Shown here: piece by piece, positions 46,027-54,785 of the stretch | Numbering within the stretch: position 1 is the first letter of the stretch | How the letters are laid out: each line of letters begins with the position of its first letter | NCBI GenBank assembly: GCA_964503315.1 | Contig: CAZCZL010000005.1 | Location: 5,335 to 69,334, forward strand | From: an uncultured Ignavibacteriales bacterium | GTDB lineage: Bacteria; Zixibacteria; MSB-5A5; GN15; FEB-12 | Length of the DNA: 64,000 nt | Reading direction: 5' to 3' | Notes under the pieces: generated by a model | Told to the model about the DNA's origin: nothing | Seen by the model: only the letters and a program-made list of their open reading frames with translations | The model's database searches: none | Translations under genes and position numbers: made by a program

Positions 46027-47358
46027 ATGAAACAAGTGACCCGACATAATCGCCAAATTTCTCCGCTATGGCTCCTTCTATTGGCCATGGCGGCTCTGCT
46101 GGTCTGCGCCAATCTCGCGGTTGGGTCAACGTTCAAGAAGGTCAATAACTACTCGGTCACCAATCTTGAGGCGATCGATGATGACCTGTATGTCTGGGCC
46201 AACCGCTTCCAGATGCTCGGCGTGGTCAATGGCGATCTTTCCTGTTTTGCCTACACCGCCTCCAACTCGGGGGAGATAACCCAATCCGCGAATATGTTCG
46301 GCCGCAAGATCACGCATTCCGGCAAGATCGGCGGCGCGTTGCGTGTTTTCGCCCAAGAGATAGATATCAGCGGCTATGTGGGACGTTCGGCGCTGCTTTT
46401 CGGCAGTGATATAACCGTCGCGCAAGGCGCGGTGATCGAACGGGATCTGAATCTTTTCGGCGCCGATGTAATGATCGAAGGCGCGGTGAAAGGAAATCTC
46501 AAAGCCGATGCTGGGCGCATCACCCTCACCGGCGTCGTGGCCGGAGATGTTACGCTCAAAGCTGATGAGATCACGATCCTTCCACCGGCTGTCATTGTTG
46601 GCAAGCTGACCTATACTTCCAAAAATCAAGCGACTATCGATTCGACCAACGGAGTCACTATCTCCGGCGGAACGACCTGGCTGCTCCCCTCAACTGACGA
46701 AGAAAAGAAAGACGAAGAAGAGGACCGCTACACGTCGCTGGTGATCCGCATCTCATCGATCTTCGCGGCGTTTCTTTTTGGTCTTATCGTTATGCGCCTT
46801 TTCCGCCCATATGCCGAAGAATCATTCGCCCAACTGCGCACGCGTTTCTCCGTCGCTATCGCCGCCGGTATGCTTGGCGTGGTCCTGCTCGTGCTTTGCA
46901 TTATTGTACTGGTCATCACGCTGGCGACCATGGTAGCCGGGCTGGTCGTTATCTCGACCGAAGCGGCGCCGTTCGGCGCGTTGATCCTGATCTTCTCGCT
47001 CCTGATGATCCCGATCTCCGGATTCCTCTCGGTGACCGGGGCGATCGTATTTTATTCCGGCAAGATCGTGGTGGCGCTGGTGATCGGGTACCTGATAATC
47101 GGGCGGGTGCGCCAGTTGTCTCAGCCGTTGAGCAAATCGGCGCTGTTTCTCGGCCTTATCCTGGTCTATGCTCTGTTCGCGATACCGTATGTTGGATTGG
47201 TACTCTATATCCTGCTTTCGGTGATCGGCGCGGGTGCGATCATCCTCGGTATCAAACATTGCCGACGACCTCTCATCGCGGATGCCGCACCCGAACTTCC
47301 GAATAATCCGCCGCCGGTAACGCCGCCGCCGATAGTACCACCCGCTGGTATGGCGTAA
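46027..47358 (+). CDS. bactofilin-like (polymer-forming beta-helix) domain fused to a polytopic membrane domain and Pro-rich tail
   Basis: Signal/anchor segment, then repeated G.V.G(D/N)L.A..I.I.G windings (ISGYVGRSALLFGSDITVAQGAVIERDLNLFGADVMIEGAVKGNLKADAGRITLTGVVAGDVTLKADEITI). An acidic linker is followed by about 6 TM segments and NNPPPVTPPPIVPP. Confidence 0.6.
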   Translation: MKQVTRHNRQISPLWLLLLAMAALLVCANLAVGSTFKKVNNYSVTNLEAIDDDLYVWANRFQMLGVVNGDLSCFAYTASNSGEITQSANMFGRKITHSGKIGGALRVFAQEIDISGYVGRSALLFGSDITVAQGAVIERDLNLFGADVMIEGAVKGNLKADAGRITLTGVVAGDVTLKADEITILPPAVIVGKLTYTSKNQATIDSTNGVTISGGTTWLLPSTDEEKKDEEEDRYTSLVIRISSIFAAFLFGLIVMRLFRPYAEESFAQLRTRFSVAIAAGMLGVVLLVLCIIVLVITLATMVAGLVVISTEAAPFGALILIFSLLMIPISGFLSVTGAIVFYSGKIVVALVIGYLIIGRVRQLSQPLSKSALFLGLILVYALFAIPYVGLVLYILLSVIGAGAIILGIKHCRRPLIADAAPELPNNPPPVTPPPIVPPAGMA

Positions 47359-47489
47359 GCGATTCCTGGTTCGGGTCATCGTACGCTCTCGCCCCGTCAA
47401 TCGTGGGCTTTAACACTCCAAGTTTAACGATTGATTTTCACCCTTCGACATGATTTTATTGTGCCAGTGACAAGAAAGTCAGGGAGCCT

Positions 47490-48074
47490 ATGACCGCAGG
47501 AAGACTCGAAGCCTTCTCCGATGGCGTGCTGGCCATCATCATTACCATCATGGTGCTGGAACTGAAAGTGCCGCATGGCGACAGCCTCTCCTCACTTCGC
47601 CCGCTCCTCCCCATCTTTTTGACCTATCTCCTCAGTTTTACCTATATAGGCATCTACTGGAACAACCACCACCATCTGCTTAAAGCAGTCAAGCGGGTGA
47701 CGCCGCGGGTGATGTGGAGCAATCTGCACCTTTTATTCTGGCTGTCGCTGGTGCCGTTCGCAACAGGGTGGCTTGGCGAAAACCATGGCGGCACCTGGCC
47801 GACCATCCTCTATGGAGTCATCATGCTGTGCGCCGGGATCGCCTACATGATCCTGCAATGGTCGATCATCTGCCAGCATGGGCATGGTTCAAAACTGGCA
47901 GAGACATTCGGGAGCGATCTGAAAGGGAAGATGTCGATCGGCGGGTATGCGCTGGCGATCATGGTGGCGCCGTTGCAGCAATGGATTTCCGACGGGTTAT
48001 TTGTCGCGGTCGCACTTGTCTGGTTCATCCCGGATAGACGATTGAAGAAGGTGGTGGAGGAGATAGAGGGGTAG
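47490..48074 (+). CDS. TMEM175/DUF1211-family potassium channel
   Basis: RLEAFSDGVLAIIITIMVLEL signature helix 1, with about 6 TM segments in total. Confidence 0.75.
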   Translation: MTAGRLEAFSDGVLAIIITIMVLELKVPHGDSLSSLRPLLPIFLTYLLSFTYIGIYWNNHHHLLKAVKRVTPRVMWSNLHLLFWLSLVPFATGWLGENHGGTWPTILYGVIMLCAGIAYMILQWSIICQHGHGSKLAETFGSDLKGKMSIGGYALAIMVAPLQQWISDGLFVAVALVWFIPDRRLKKVVEEIEG

Positions 48075-48112
48075 GGGGCTGCGACTCTGCGCCAATTGCG
48101 CCGACTGAAAAC

Positions 48113-48664
48113 ATGAGCCACAAATCGTCGCCAATTCGCGTTGCGGTTACGGGTGGTCCCGGCGCGGGGAAAACTACGCTGCTTGAAGGGCTCAGACAGC
48201 GAGGCTACGCCATACTACCGGAAGTTGCGCGAGCCATCATCGCGGAGCGTAAAGCGCGTGGTCTGCCTCCCAGACCATCGCAGGTTGAATTCGCCAGGGC
48301 GATCTTTGAACGGGATATTTCCCAGTATGAGGCGACTCGTGCGCATGAGGGCGCGATCTTTTTCGATCGGAGTTTGCTTGATTCGCTTGGTATGATGACC
48401 GAGTCAGGTCAATTGACCGAGACGGAAACGCGAAAGCTCATTGCCCAGTATCGTTATCATTCTACCGCATTCATACTGCCCCCCTGGCGCGAGATCTACC
48501 ATACGGACTCAGAACGGGATCAGACGTACGAAGACGCCGTGCGCGTTTATGAGGGCCTTCGGAAATGGTACACTCGTTGCGGATATGACCTGAAGGAAGT
48601 TCCCAGAGGGACGATTGTTGATCGCTGTGACTTTGTTTTGGAAAATCTTGCAGAGCACCGGTAG
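48113..48664 (+). CDS. P-loop ATPase (AAA_28 / NadR-kinase-like)
   Basis: Walker A VTGGPGAGKTTLL. 183 aa. Confidence 0.65.
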   Translation: MSHKSSPIRVAVTGGPGAGKTTLLEGLRQRGYAILPEVARAIIAERKARGLPPRPSQVEFARAIFERDISQYEATRAHEGAIFFDRSLLDSLGMMTESGQLTETETRKLIAQYRYHSTAFILPPWREIYHTDSERDQTYEDAVRVYEGLRKWYTRCGYDLKEVPRGTIVDRCDFVLENLAEHR

Positions 48665-48733
48665 TGCTTGATCGCAGCCTATATATGGGAAATCAGATGT
48701 TCTGATGATTCTTGCCCAGCGAGCAGAAATCTT

Positions 48734-48806
48734 TGACCCCAACGGGAGTCGAACCCGTGTTACCGCCGTGAAAGGGCAGTGTCCTAGGCCACTAGACGAT
48801 GGGGTC
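48734..48806 (-). tRNA. tRNA-Glu (anticodon UUC)
   Basis: The minus-strand read GACCCCATCGTCTAGTGGCCTAGGACACTGCCCTTTCACGGCGGTAACACGGGTTCGACTCCCGTTGGGGTCA has a 7-bp acceptor stem, a CTTTCAC anticodon loop and a GGTTCGA T-loop. It is close to the E. coli tRNA-Glu pattern. CCA is not encoded. Confidence 0.9.
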
Positions 48807-48832
48807 ATCGAACGAAGCTTTTGGAGACCCGT

Positions 48833-48860
48833 AGTATATAGGTTTTGACCCGACTGTCAA
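48833..48860 (-). promoter_or_regulatory. near-consensus sigma-70 promoter for tRNA-Glu (TTGACA-16-TATACT)
   Basis: Minus strand: TTGACA is the complement of 48855-60 and TATACT the complement of 48833-38. The -10 lies about 27 nt upstream of the tRNA 5' end. Confidence 0.5.
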
Positions 48861-48880
48861 GCCAACTTCCGTCTCCTCAT

Positions 48881-48971
48881 CCGGCACTTCGTGCCACCTT
48901 CTCCCCAAGGGAGAAGGGAAGCTGACAAGGAGTCTCCAGCGCTCTTTTCCCCTTTCCCGGCCCTCTCCCCC
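48881..48971. repeat. REP-like element family A, inverted orientation
   Basis: ggcac-ttc-gtgcc hairpin. ccttctccc-caa-gggagaagg 9-bp hairpin. ttttcccctttcccggccctctccccc is the reverse complement of a GGGGGAGAGGG..GGGGAAAA-type arm, as at 9775-9790. Confidence 0.55.
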
Positions 48972-48973
48972 GT

Positions 48974-49405
48974 CTACCGTATCGCCATGGTAATCAAGAC
49001 GTTCGCGAATTCTTTCTCTACCCCATCCTGAATGCCATAGACCCTCCCACCGGTGAAACTGAGCCTCTCCCCCGGCTTGATCACCCACCCCTCCGCCTGA
49101 ATCGGGTCGGCGTCGGCCGGCCGGAGTAATTGCACCGAGAAGTTGACGGAGATGATCTCCTGGCCGGGGGACATTAGGCTATACGCCGCCAGCCCGGCCA
49201 TTTGATCGACCAGCCCGATCACCGCGCCGGCGTGCAACGCGCCATGCTGCTGCATCAGGTCGAGTCGTCGGGGAATGCGGCCATGCACTCGCCCCGGCTC
49301 GATCTGGTCGAGTTCGATCCCCAGGAACGCCGAAAACGGCATCCGGCTGTTCAGTTCGCGGACGGCCGCTTCGAAATCCGGCCGACGCGGTTCAAACTGC
49401 CCCAT
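48974..49405 (-). CDS. PaaI-family hotdog-fold thioesterase
   Basis: NSRMPFSAFLGIEL ... HGALHAGAVIGLVDQMAG. Confidence 0.75.
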   Translation of the reverse strand: MGQFEPRRPDFEAAVRELNSRMPFSAFLGIELDQIEPGRVHGRIPRRLDLMQQHGALHAGAVIGLVDQMAGLAAYSLMSPGQEIISVNFSVQLLRPADADPIQAEGWVIKPGERLSFTGGRVYGIQDGVEKEFANVLITMAIR

Positions 49406-49463
49406 ATCTGCTCCCGTCTGTTGTTAGATTGACACTGTAAGGCTGCACCCTCATAATAACAGA

Positions 49464-50795
49464 ATGCAGCTCGGCTCGAAACGATTTCTCGCTCTCGCCC
49501 TCTTCACTACCCTGCTTATCATCCTGGTGAACTTTGCCTGGTGGTCGTATTACCAGCGGACCGAGAAGTTGCTGGAACATCAACTGAGCCGACGGCTCCA
49601 GTCTATCGCCCAGTCATTCGCCAAGACTATGCCGACCTCGCTTGTCGACAGCCTGCCGTTTGCCTCGGTCGACCAGTACAGACAGGTATTGCGCCTGCTG
49701 AATGATATACGAACCGCCGACTCGCTGGCGGAGATATTTATTCTCGACGACCGGTATGAGTATATCGCGACCAGTTCTCCCGAGGCGGACAGCATCTATT
49801 TTCTGGCCGGGATGAACGGATCGTACATTGATTCACTCTTCTTTTCGATGACCCCACACGCGATCGTCACCCCCGCCTATCAGACCGGGAGTCTTTATCT
49901 AAAATCGGCGTTTGCGCCGCTTCTGGGTGAGGATTCCTCGGTGGTGGCGGTGGTGGGAGTGGAAGCGAATGTCGATTATTTTGATGACCTCTCGCTCTTG
50001 CGCCGGAATCTGCTCTATGCGACTGGAGTGTCGACTGTGGGGGGACTCATTCTCGGGATTCTCTTCCTGGCTCTCCAACAACGATTAAACAAAGCGGAGC
50101 AGCAGCTTTTCCTTGGGCAGACGCATGCGTATCTCGGGCGTATGGTGGCGGTCGTTTCGCATGAACTGAAAAACCCGCTGATGATCATCCGCGGCTCGGC
50201 CGAGCGAATACGGAAAAAAACGGGAGCGGAGGAAGCCTCGTTTATCCTTGAAGAGACCGACCGGCTGAATAATATCGTCAGTGGGTATCTGGCGTTCGCC
50301 AAGGCGGAAGGTTCGCTTCTGGTGGGGGAGTCAACCGAATCGTTTGACCTGACCGAATTGCTTACATCCGCCGCAAAACATCTTGGAGAACGGTTCGCCG
50401 ACCAGCAAATCGACTGGAGAGAACAGCCGACATCCGAACCGGTGCTGATAACCGGCTATCGAAGATCCCTCCGGCAAGTGATTCTCAATTTGCTCGTGAA
50501 TGGGGTTGAAGGGTGCCTTGAGGCAGGCAAACCGGTTCGATTGGGAGCGGAGATAGAGCAGAAGAGCAAGGGCCTGGTCGCAATTCGTGTTACCAATTAC
50601 GGCACGGAATTGAGCCCGAAAGAGATCCAAAAACTCTTCACGCCATTCCACACGACCAAGCAGACTGGCTCCGGATTGGGTCTGTATGTCAGTCGTAAAT
50701 TAGTTGAAGAGATGGGGGGAAAGCTGAATCTTGTAAGCAAGACCGGCAGTGGCGCGGTGAGCGCTATCATTGAACTGCCGACCCATTCATCCTGA
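49464..50795 (+). CDS. sensor histidine kinase (2 TM with periplasmic domain, HisKA + HATPase_c)
   Basis: H-box VSHELKNPL, N-box LNLLVNGVEG, G-boxes GSGLGLYVSRK. Confidence 0.85.
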   Translation: MQLGSKRFLALALFTTLLIILVNFAWWSYYQRTEKLLEHQLSRRLQSIAQSFAKTMPTSLVDSLPFASVDQYRQVLRLLNDIRTADSLAEIFILDDRYEYIATSSPEADSIYFLAGMNGSYIDSLFFSMTPHAIVTPAYQTGSLYLKSAFAPLLGEDSSVVAVVGVEANVDYFDDLSLLRRNLLYATGVSTVGGLILGILFLALQQRLNKAEQQLFLGQTHAYLGRMVAVVSHELKNPLMIIRGSAERIRKKTGAEEASFILEETDRLNNIVSGYLAFAKAEGSLLVGESTESFDLTELLTSAAKHLGERFADQQIDWREQPTSEPVLITGYRRSLRQVILNLLVNGVEGCLEAGKPVRLGAEIEQKSKGLVAIRVTNYGTELSPKEIQKLFTPFHTTKQTGSGLGLYVSRKLVEEMGGKLNLVSKTGSGAVSAIIELPTHSS

Positions 50796-50800
50796 GGAAT

Positions 50801-52129
50801 ATGGCCAGAATATTAGTTGTCGATGACGAACCGAAAATGACGTCGCTGGTCTGCGGCGAACTGGAGGATGCCGGTCATGCCGTCACCACCACGACCAAGC
50901 CATCCGATGCCCTCACCCTGCTGGAACGCCATTCGTTTGATATCGTGATCACCGATCTCTCCATGCCGGAAGTGTCGGGCATGGTGGTTCTCGAGAAGGC
51001 GCTCGAAAAGCCGGGGACCGAGGTGGTGATGATGACCGCCTTCGGGACGGTCGAGACCGCGGTCGCCGCCATGAAAAAAGGGGCGGCGGATTACCTGCTG
51101 AAACCGTTCTCGCTGGATGAACTTACAATTACGGTCGGCAAACTCGTAGAGAAACAGCGTCTCACGTCGCTGGCTACGCACTTCCAGGAGGAAGCCAGAG
51201 TCGAAATGGCCGATACGCTTATCGGCTCCTCCCCCGCGGCAGAGAAAGTCCGAAGGCTGATATCCCAGGTCGCCACGACCGAGACCACTGTTTTGTTGAC
51301 CGGACGTTCCGGGACCGGCAAGGAGCTGGCCGCCCGGATGATCCATGACCTCTCCCCCCGCCGCGCCAAGCCATTTATCGCCGTAAACTGCGCCGCCATT
51401 ACCGAGACCCTGCTTGAGTCCGAACTCTTCGGCCATGAGAAGGGAGCATTTACCGGCGCGGTTGCCCGGAAGCGTGGACGGTTCGAACTGGCCGATGGGG
51501 GGACCATCTTTCTGGATGAAATTGGTGAGATGTCCGCCCAGATGCAGTCCAAGCTTTTGAGGGTGCTCGAAGAGCGCCAGTTGGTGCGGGTCGGCGGGGT
51601 CGACACCGTGGCGGTTGATGTCCGCATAGTGGCCGCGACCAATCGCGTGCTCAAAGACGATATCCGGTCCGGGGCGTTTCGGGAGGATCTGTATTTCCGG
51701 CTGGCGGTCTTCCCTATCCCGATGCCGAGCCTGGCGGAGCGGGGAGATGACGTTGTGGAATTGGCGAGCTATTTCCTGGCGCGGCAGCGCTATCCGCATG
51801 TTCGACTTGATGCTCCCGTGGCAGAGATGCTCCGGTCGTACGACTGGCCCGGCAATATCCGGGAGCTTCGGAATGTCCTGGAGCGTGCCACCATTCTGGC
51901 CGGCGGCGAGCCGCTGACGGTCGATGATTTCGCGCTGGAGACCGAGGATGCTCCCATTGCGGCGGAGGGGATGATTCCGCCGGGGTCGGGACTCGAGGAT
52001 ACGGAAAAAAGCATGATCCTCAGTGCGCTCCAGACCGCCAAGGGAAACAAGACTGAAGCGGCCAAGTTGCTGAAGATAACCCGTCGCCGGCTCTACAGCC
52101 GGATGAAGGCGCACGATATCCCATGGTAG
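50801..52129 (+). CDS. sigma-54-dependent response regulator (NtrC family)
   Basis: Receiver (ILVVDDE..DLSMPE). AAA+ domain (GRSGTGKELAARMIH, GAFTGA, FLDEIGEM, RVVAATN). Fis-type HTH (GNKTEAAKLLKITRRRLYSRMK). Confidence 0.9.
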   Translation: MARILVVDDEPKMTSLVCGELEDAGHAVTTTTKPSDALTLLERHSFDIVITDLSMPEVSGMVVLEKALEKPGTEVVMMTAFGTVETAVAAMKKGAADYLLKPFSLDELTITVGKLVEKQRLTSLATHFQEEARVEMADTLIGSSPAAEKVRRLISQVATTETTVLLTGRSGTGKELAARMIHDLSPRRAKPFIAVNCAAITETLLESELFGHEKGAFTGAVARKRGRFELADGGTIFLDEIGEMSAQMQSKLLRVLEERQLVRVGGVDTVAVDVRIVAATNRVLKDDIRSGAFREDLYFRLAVFPIPMPSLAERGDDVVELASYFLARQRYPHVRLDAPVAEMLRSYDWPGNIRELRNVLERATILAGGEPLTVDDFALETEDAPIAAEGMIPPGSGLEDTEKSMILSALQTAKGNKTEAAKLLKITRRRLYSRMKAHDIPW

Positions 52130-52256
52130 CCACGTAAATGGTAGGTGAGCGTTCCGGGACGGAACCTGTACCGGCCGGTACATAACGAGGAGTTTCTGTT
52201 CACAACACAGCGTCGCGGTTGGATATGAGACAACAACTTAGCATGGTTATGCGGAA

Positions 52257-52271
52257 CGGCACAGCGATTGA
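52257..52271 (+). promoter_or_regulatory. possible sigma-54 (-24/-12) promoter: cGGCAC-N5-TTGa
   Basis: CGGCACAGCGATTGA has GG at 52258-59 and TTG at 52268-70, the correct 10-nt register versus TGGCAC-N5-TTGC. The -12 C is replaced by A. It lies about 30 nt upstream of ATG52301 and directly downstream of the NtrC-type regulator. Confidence 0.3.
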
Positions 52272-52300
52272 TGGTAAGGGAGTTGAAAGAGAGATATGCT

Positions 52301-53332
52301 ATGCGTAAGATACTCCCATACATCCTAATCGCGCTGGCGCTGCTGATCGGACAAGGACTACTGGCGCAGTCCGGGGTTCTGCGAGACAAGGTCCAGGAAG
52401 AACTCGACCGGACCGACCAATTGATCGCTCAGGCCGAGGAGCAGTTGCAATCGATGGAGAACCCGGCTGGCCTGGCATTTCTGGAGCAGGCCAAAGTGAC
52501 GCAGCAGCAGGCCAAAGATCTATTTGCCGGCAATCAGTTTGTCGAAGCGCGCCGCATGACATTGCTGGCACGGGATCTCTTGCGCAAGGCGCTCCGAACC
52601 AATCGTGCCACGGAGCTTGGATCCGACCAGGCCCTCCGTAAACTTGAGCAGGCCGAAGATAAATTGGAGCGGGCGCGCGAGCTGCTTGCGGAGAGTGAAA
52701 ATCAGCCGTCGACCGCTCTCTTGGATGTCGCCACTGACAATCTGAAGAGAGCCTGGGATTTTTATACCGCCGGTAAGTTCATCCCGGCGATAAAGCTGGC
52801 GGAGCAGGTTGAGAAGACCGCAGATCGAATACTGAGCCGCGGCGGTTCAGGGTCGTCCGCCAACTATCAGCGACGACTTGAGTCCGTACGTGACGCTATA
52901 GACAAAGCTGGCGAAGTTGTGGAGGGGTGCCAGATGGAAGAGGGAAGATCGCTGCTTGATCAGGCAGTAAAGGCTCTTGAATCGGCCGAGCAACTGGCAG
53001 ATAAAGGCCAGACGAGGGCGGCGCTTCAAATGCTCCAGAAAGCCAAAGTCTTTGCCGCACGAGCAATGCGCGCTTGCGAAACAGGGGATGAGAATCTGGC
53101 CGCTCGTTACCAGCGCCTGCTGGGTCTGGCCGATCAACTGAATGAACAGAGCCAGTCCCTGAGTGGCGACAATAGAGAAGCAGTGGACCTGTTACTGACT
53201 AAAGCATACGAGCAGCTTGAGATCGCCAGGACGGCGATCGATGCCGCCGATGTCGCCAAGGCGACCCCGGCGCTCCAGGCGGCAAACCTGGCGATTCGCC
53301 AGGCCGAAGAGATTATTCTGGAGAGCAATTAG
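52301..53332 (+). CDS. exported all-helical protein with four about 75-aa internal repeats
   Basis: Signal peptide MRKILPYILIALALLIGQGLLAQ. Four helical-hairpin units, each of the form L..AE..L....N.....LL..A...L..A..........A...A..A. Confidence 0.75.
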   Translation: MRKILPYILIALALLIGQGLLAQSGVLRDKVQEELDRTDQLIAQAEEQLQSMENPAGLAFLEQAKVTQQQAKDLFAGNQFVEARRMTLLARDLLRKALRTNRATELGSDQALRKLEQAEDKLERARELLAESENQPSTALLDVATDNLKRAWDFYTAGKFIPAIKLAEQVEKTADRILSRGGSGSSANYQRRLESVRDAIDKAGEVVEGCQMEEGRSLLDQAVKALESAEQLADKGQTRAALQMLQKAKVFAARAMRACETGDENLAARYQRLLGLADQLNEQSQSLSGDNREAVDLLLTKAYEQLEIARTAIDAADVAKATPALQAANLAIRQAEEIILESN

Positions 53333-53352
53333 CATCTAAAGGAACATAGGAT

Positions 53353-54621
53353 TTGTTCAGACGCTATGTCGCGGTAGTCCTGGTTCTGATAACCATAGCC
53401 GGTCGGGTCGATGCTGAGCATCGACCGTTTGCGTTCAAGGCAGGCATCGGCTACGATTACCTCTCTCAACGCTATTTCCTCGATTCATTGGCAGTCTCCG
53501 GCCCGGATACCGTCCTGACCCGCTTTGCTCTGTCCAGCGAATATCTCAATGACCTCAAAGGGAGCATGGAGTTGGCGTACCGCTACGCTGGAACCAATAA
53601 GTTTGACCTTGCGACCCGGCTCGACCAGACGAAAGACATTACCCGCGTGAAGGTTACGTCGAATTGGCAGGCTCTCGCCAGCCTATTCGCCTTGCGCTGG
53701 CGGAACCAAGTCGATTGGCGACATCAGTTTGACGATAGTAGTTCGACTCTGGGCAGCTATGCCACCGCGCTCAGCAATCTGAAAGTCCGACGACCCGTTA
53801 CTGGCTCCACGACGCTCTGGGGGCAGGCCCAGGGCGAGTTGACCGACTTCTATGGTGATATTGGGACAGGGTACGATTTCTACAGGGTCTGGGGGAAACT
53901 GGGATTGGAAAAGGCATTCGGCTATTCCTCCCTACTCTCAATGAACGGCTTTATCATCGATCGCGAGGTATCAGACTCGACCACGCTCAATTACCGGGCG
54001 TATGGCGTCGAGGGGTCGTTTTCCGGCCTGCTCTCGCGGCTTCAGATCGATCTGCTGACCCGCTGGGAGAAGCGGGATTACAACCGCTCCGGCAGCGATG
54101 ATGATTACTCCCGGTTTGAACTGGACTCCCGGAGCAGGGTTGACCTCGGACGCGGCTACTTCTCAGGTCAGTTGCTGGAGCTAGAGACTACTTCCTACGA
54201 CCCTTCTGACCCACTCAATGTCGACTACAGCCGGATCCGCTGGAATGCCACGATCGGACTGACCCTTGGAAGTCTTGAACTGGCGGCAGGGCCGGACTGG
54301 GAGCTTCTCAATCAGGCGGCAGGGTCGGACAGCACGACTGAGGAGTATCGGGAGGCTGCCGGGCTCCTGGAGCTGAATTTGGTGACCACTCGTGGACTGT
54401 TCCTATCGGCCGAAAACCGGCTCGGCAAACGAACTCTCGACCACCCCAGTGAATACCAGTCAGACTTTAGCTTCTATGAGCTGACCCTACTGGGGAATTG
54501 TCTCCTGTGGAAGCATGTCGATGTGAACCTTCTGCTTTCGTCCACCTGGGAATGGCACGACCTGGAGTCCGAGGATAACCGGGCTGTACTGGTATCCGCC
54601 GGCATCTCCTATCGGTTGTAG
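53353..54621 (+). CDS. putative outer-membrane beta-barrel protein
   Basis: TTG start. Signal peptide FRRYVAVVLVLITIAGRVDA. Alternating-hydrophobicity strands rich in Y/R/D/G/S. C-terminal LVSAGISYRL. Confidence 0.65.
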   Translation: MFRRYVAVVLVLITIAGRVDAEHRPFAFKAGIGYDYLSQRYFLDSLAVSGPDTVLTRFALSSEYLNDLKGSMELAYRYAGTNKFDLATRLDQTKDITRVKVTSNWQALASLFALRWRNQVDWRHQFDDSSSTLGSYATALSNLKVRRPVTGSTTLWGQAQGELTDFYGDIGTGYDFYRVWGKLGLEKAFGYSSLLSMNGFIIDREVSDSTTLNYRAYGVEGSFSGLLSRLQIDLLTRWEKRDYNRSGSDDDYSRFELDSRSRVDLGRGYFSGQLLELETTSYDPSDPLNVDYSRIRWNATIGLTLGSLELAAGPDWELLNQAAGSDSTTEEYREAAGLLELNLVTTRGLFLSAENRLGKRTLDHPSEYQSDFSFYELTLLGNCLLWKHVDVNLLLSSTWEWHDLESEDNRAVLVSAGISYRL

Positions 54622-54712
54622 CGCTCCATTCGCTTCCGTATTCTGACGTACTCCGCCAGATTCAAAGGTTGGTTTACCTCATTGCACGAGGCGGTCCTTA
54701 ATTGGGGTTGTT

Positions 54713-54728
54713 TGTGAATTGCATCACA
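54713..54728. promoter_or_regulatory. CRP/FNR-type box, perfect TGTGA-N6-TCACA
   Basis: TGTGAATTGCATCACA. Confidence 0.45.
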
Positions 54729-54769
54729 ATCAGTCAGGGCCGGAGCAGGGTGGGTTCGCCGACGGAGTA

Positions 54770-54785
54770 TGTGAAGTTATTCACT
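54770..54785. promoter_or_regulatory. CRP/FNR-type box, 9/10 (TGTGA-N6-TCACT)
   Basis: TGTGAAGTTATTCACT. Confidence 0.4.

Noticed and set aside
50813-52183. 456-aa minus-strand ORF covering the whole NtrC-type regulator gene. Similar long antisense ORFs occur at 5036-5713(-), 11496-12116(-), 23905-24633(-), 31508-32281(+), 34081-34722(+) and 61201-62259(+).
   Set aside because: In each case the opposite strand carries unmistakable family motifs (AAA+/GAFTGA, S8 triad, SufS-like, OtsA, methyltransferase, IleRS). The antisense translations are R/G/H/D-rich with no motifs.
52566-52583. TGGCAC...TTGC sequence resembling a sigma-54 promoter (ctggcacgggatctcttgcg).
   Set aside because: The GG to TTGC spacing is 13 nt rather than 10, and the sequence lies inside the coding sequence of 52301-53332.
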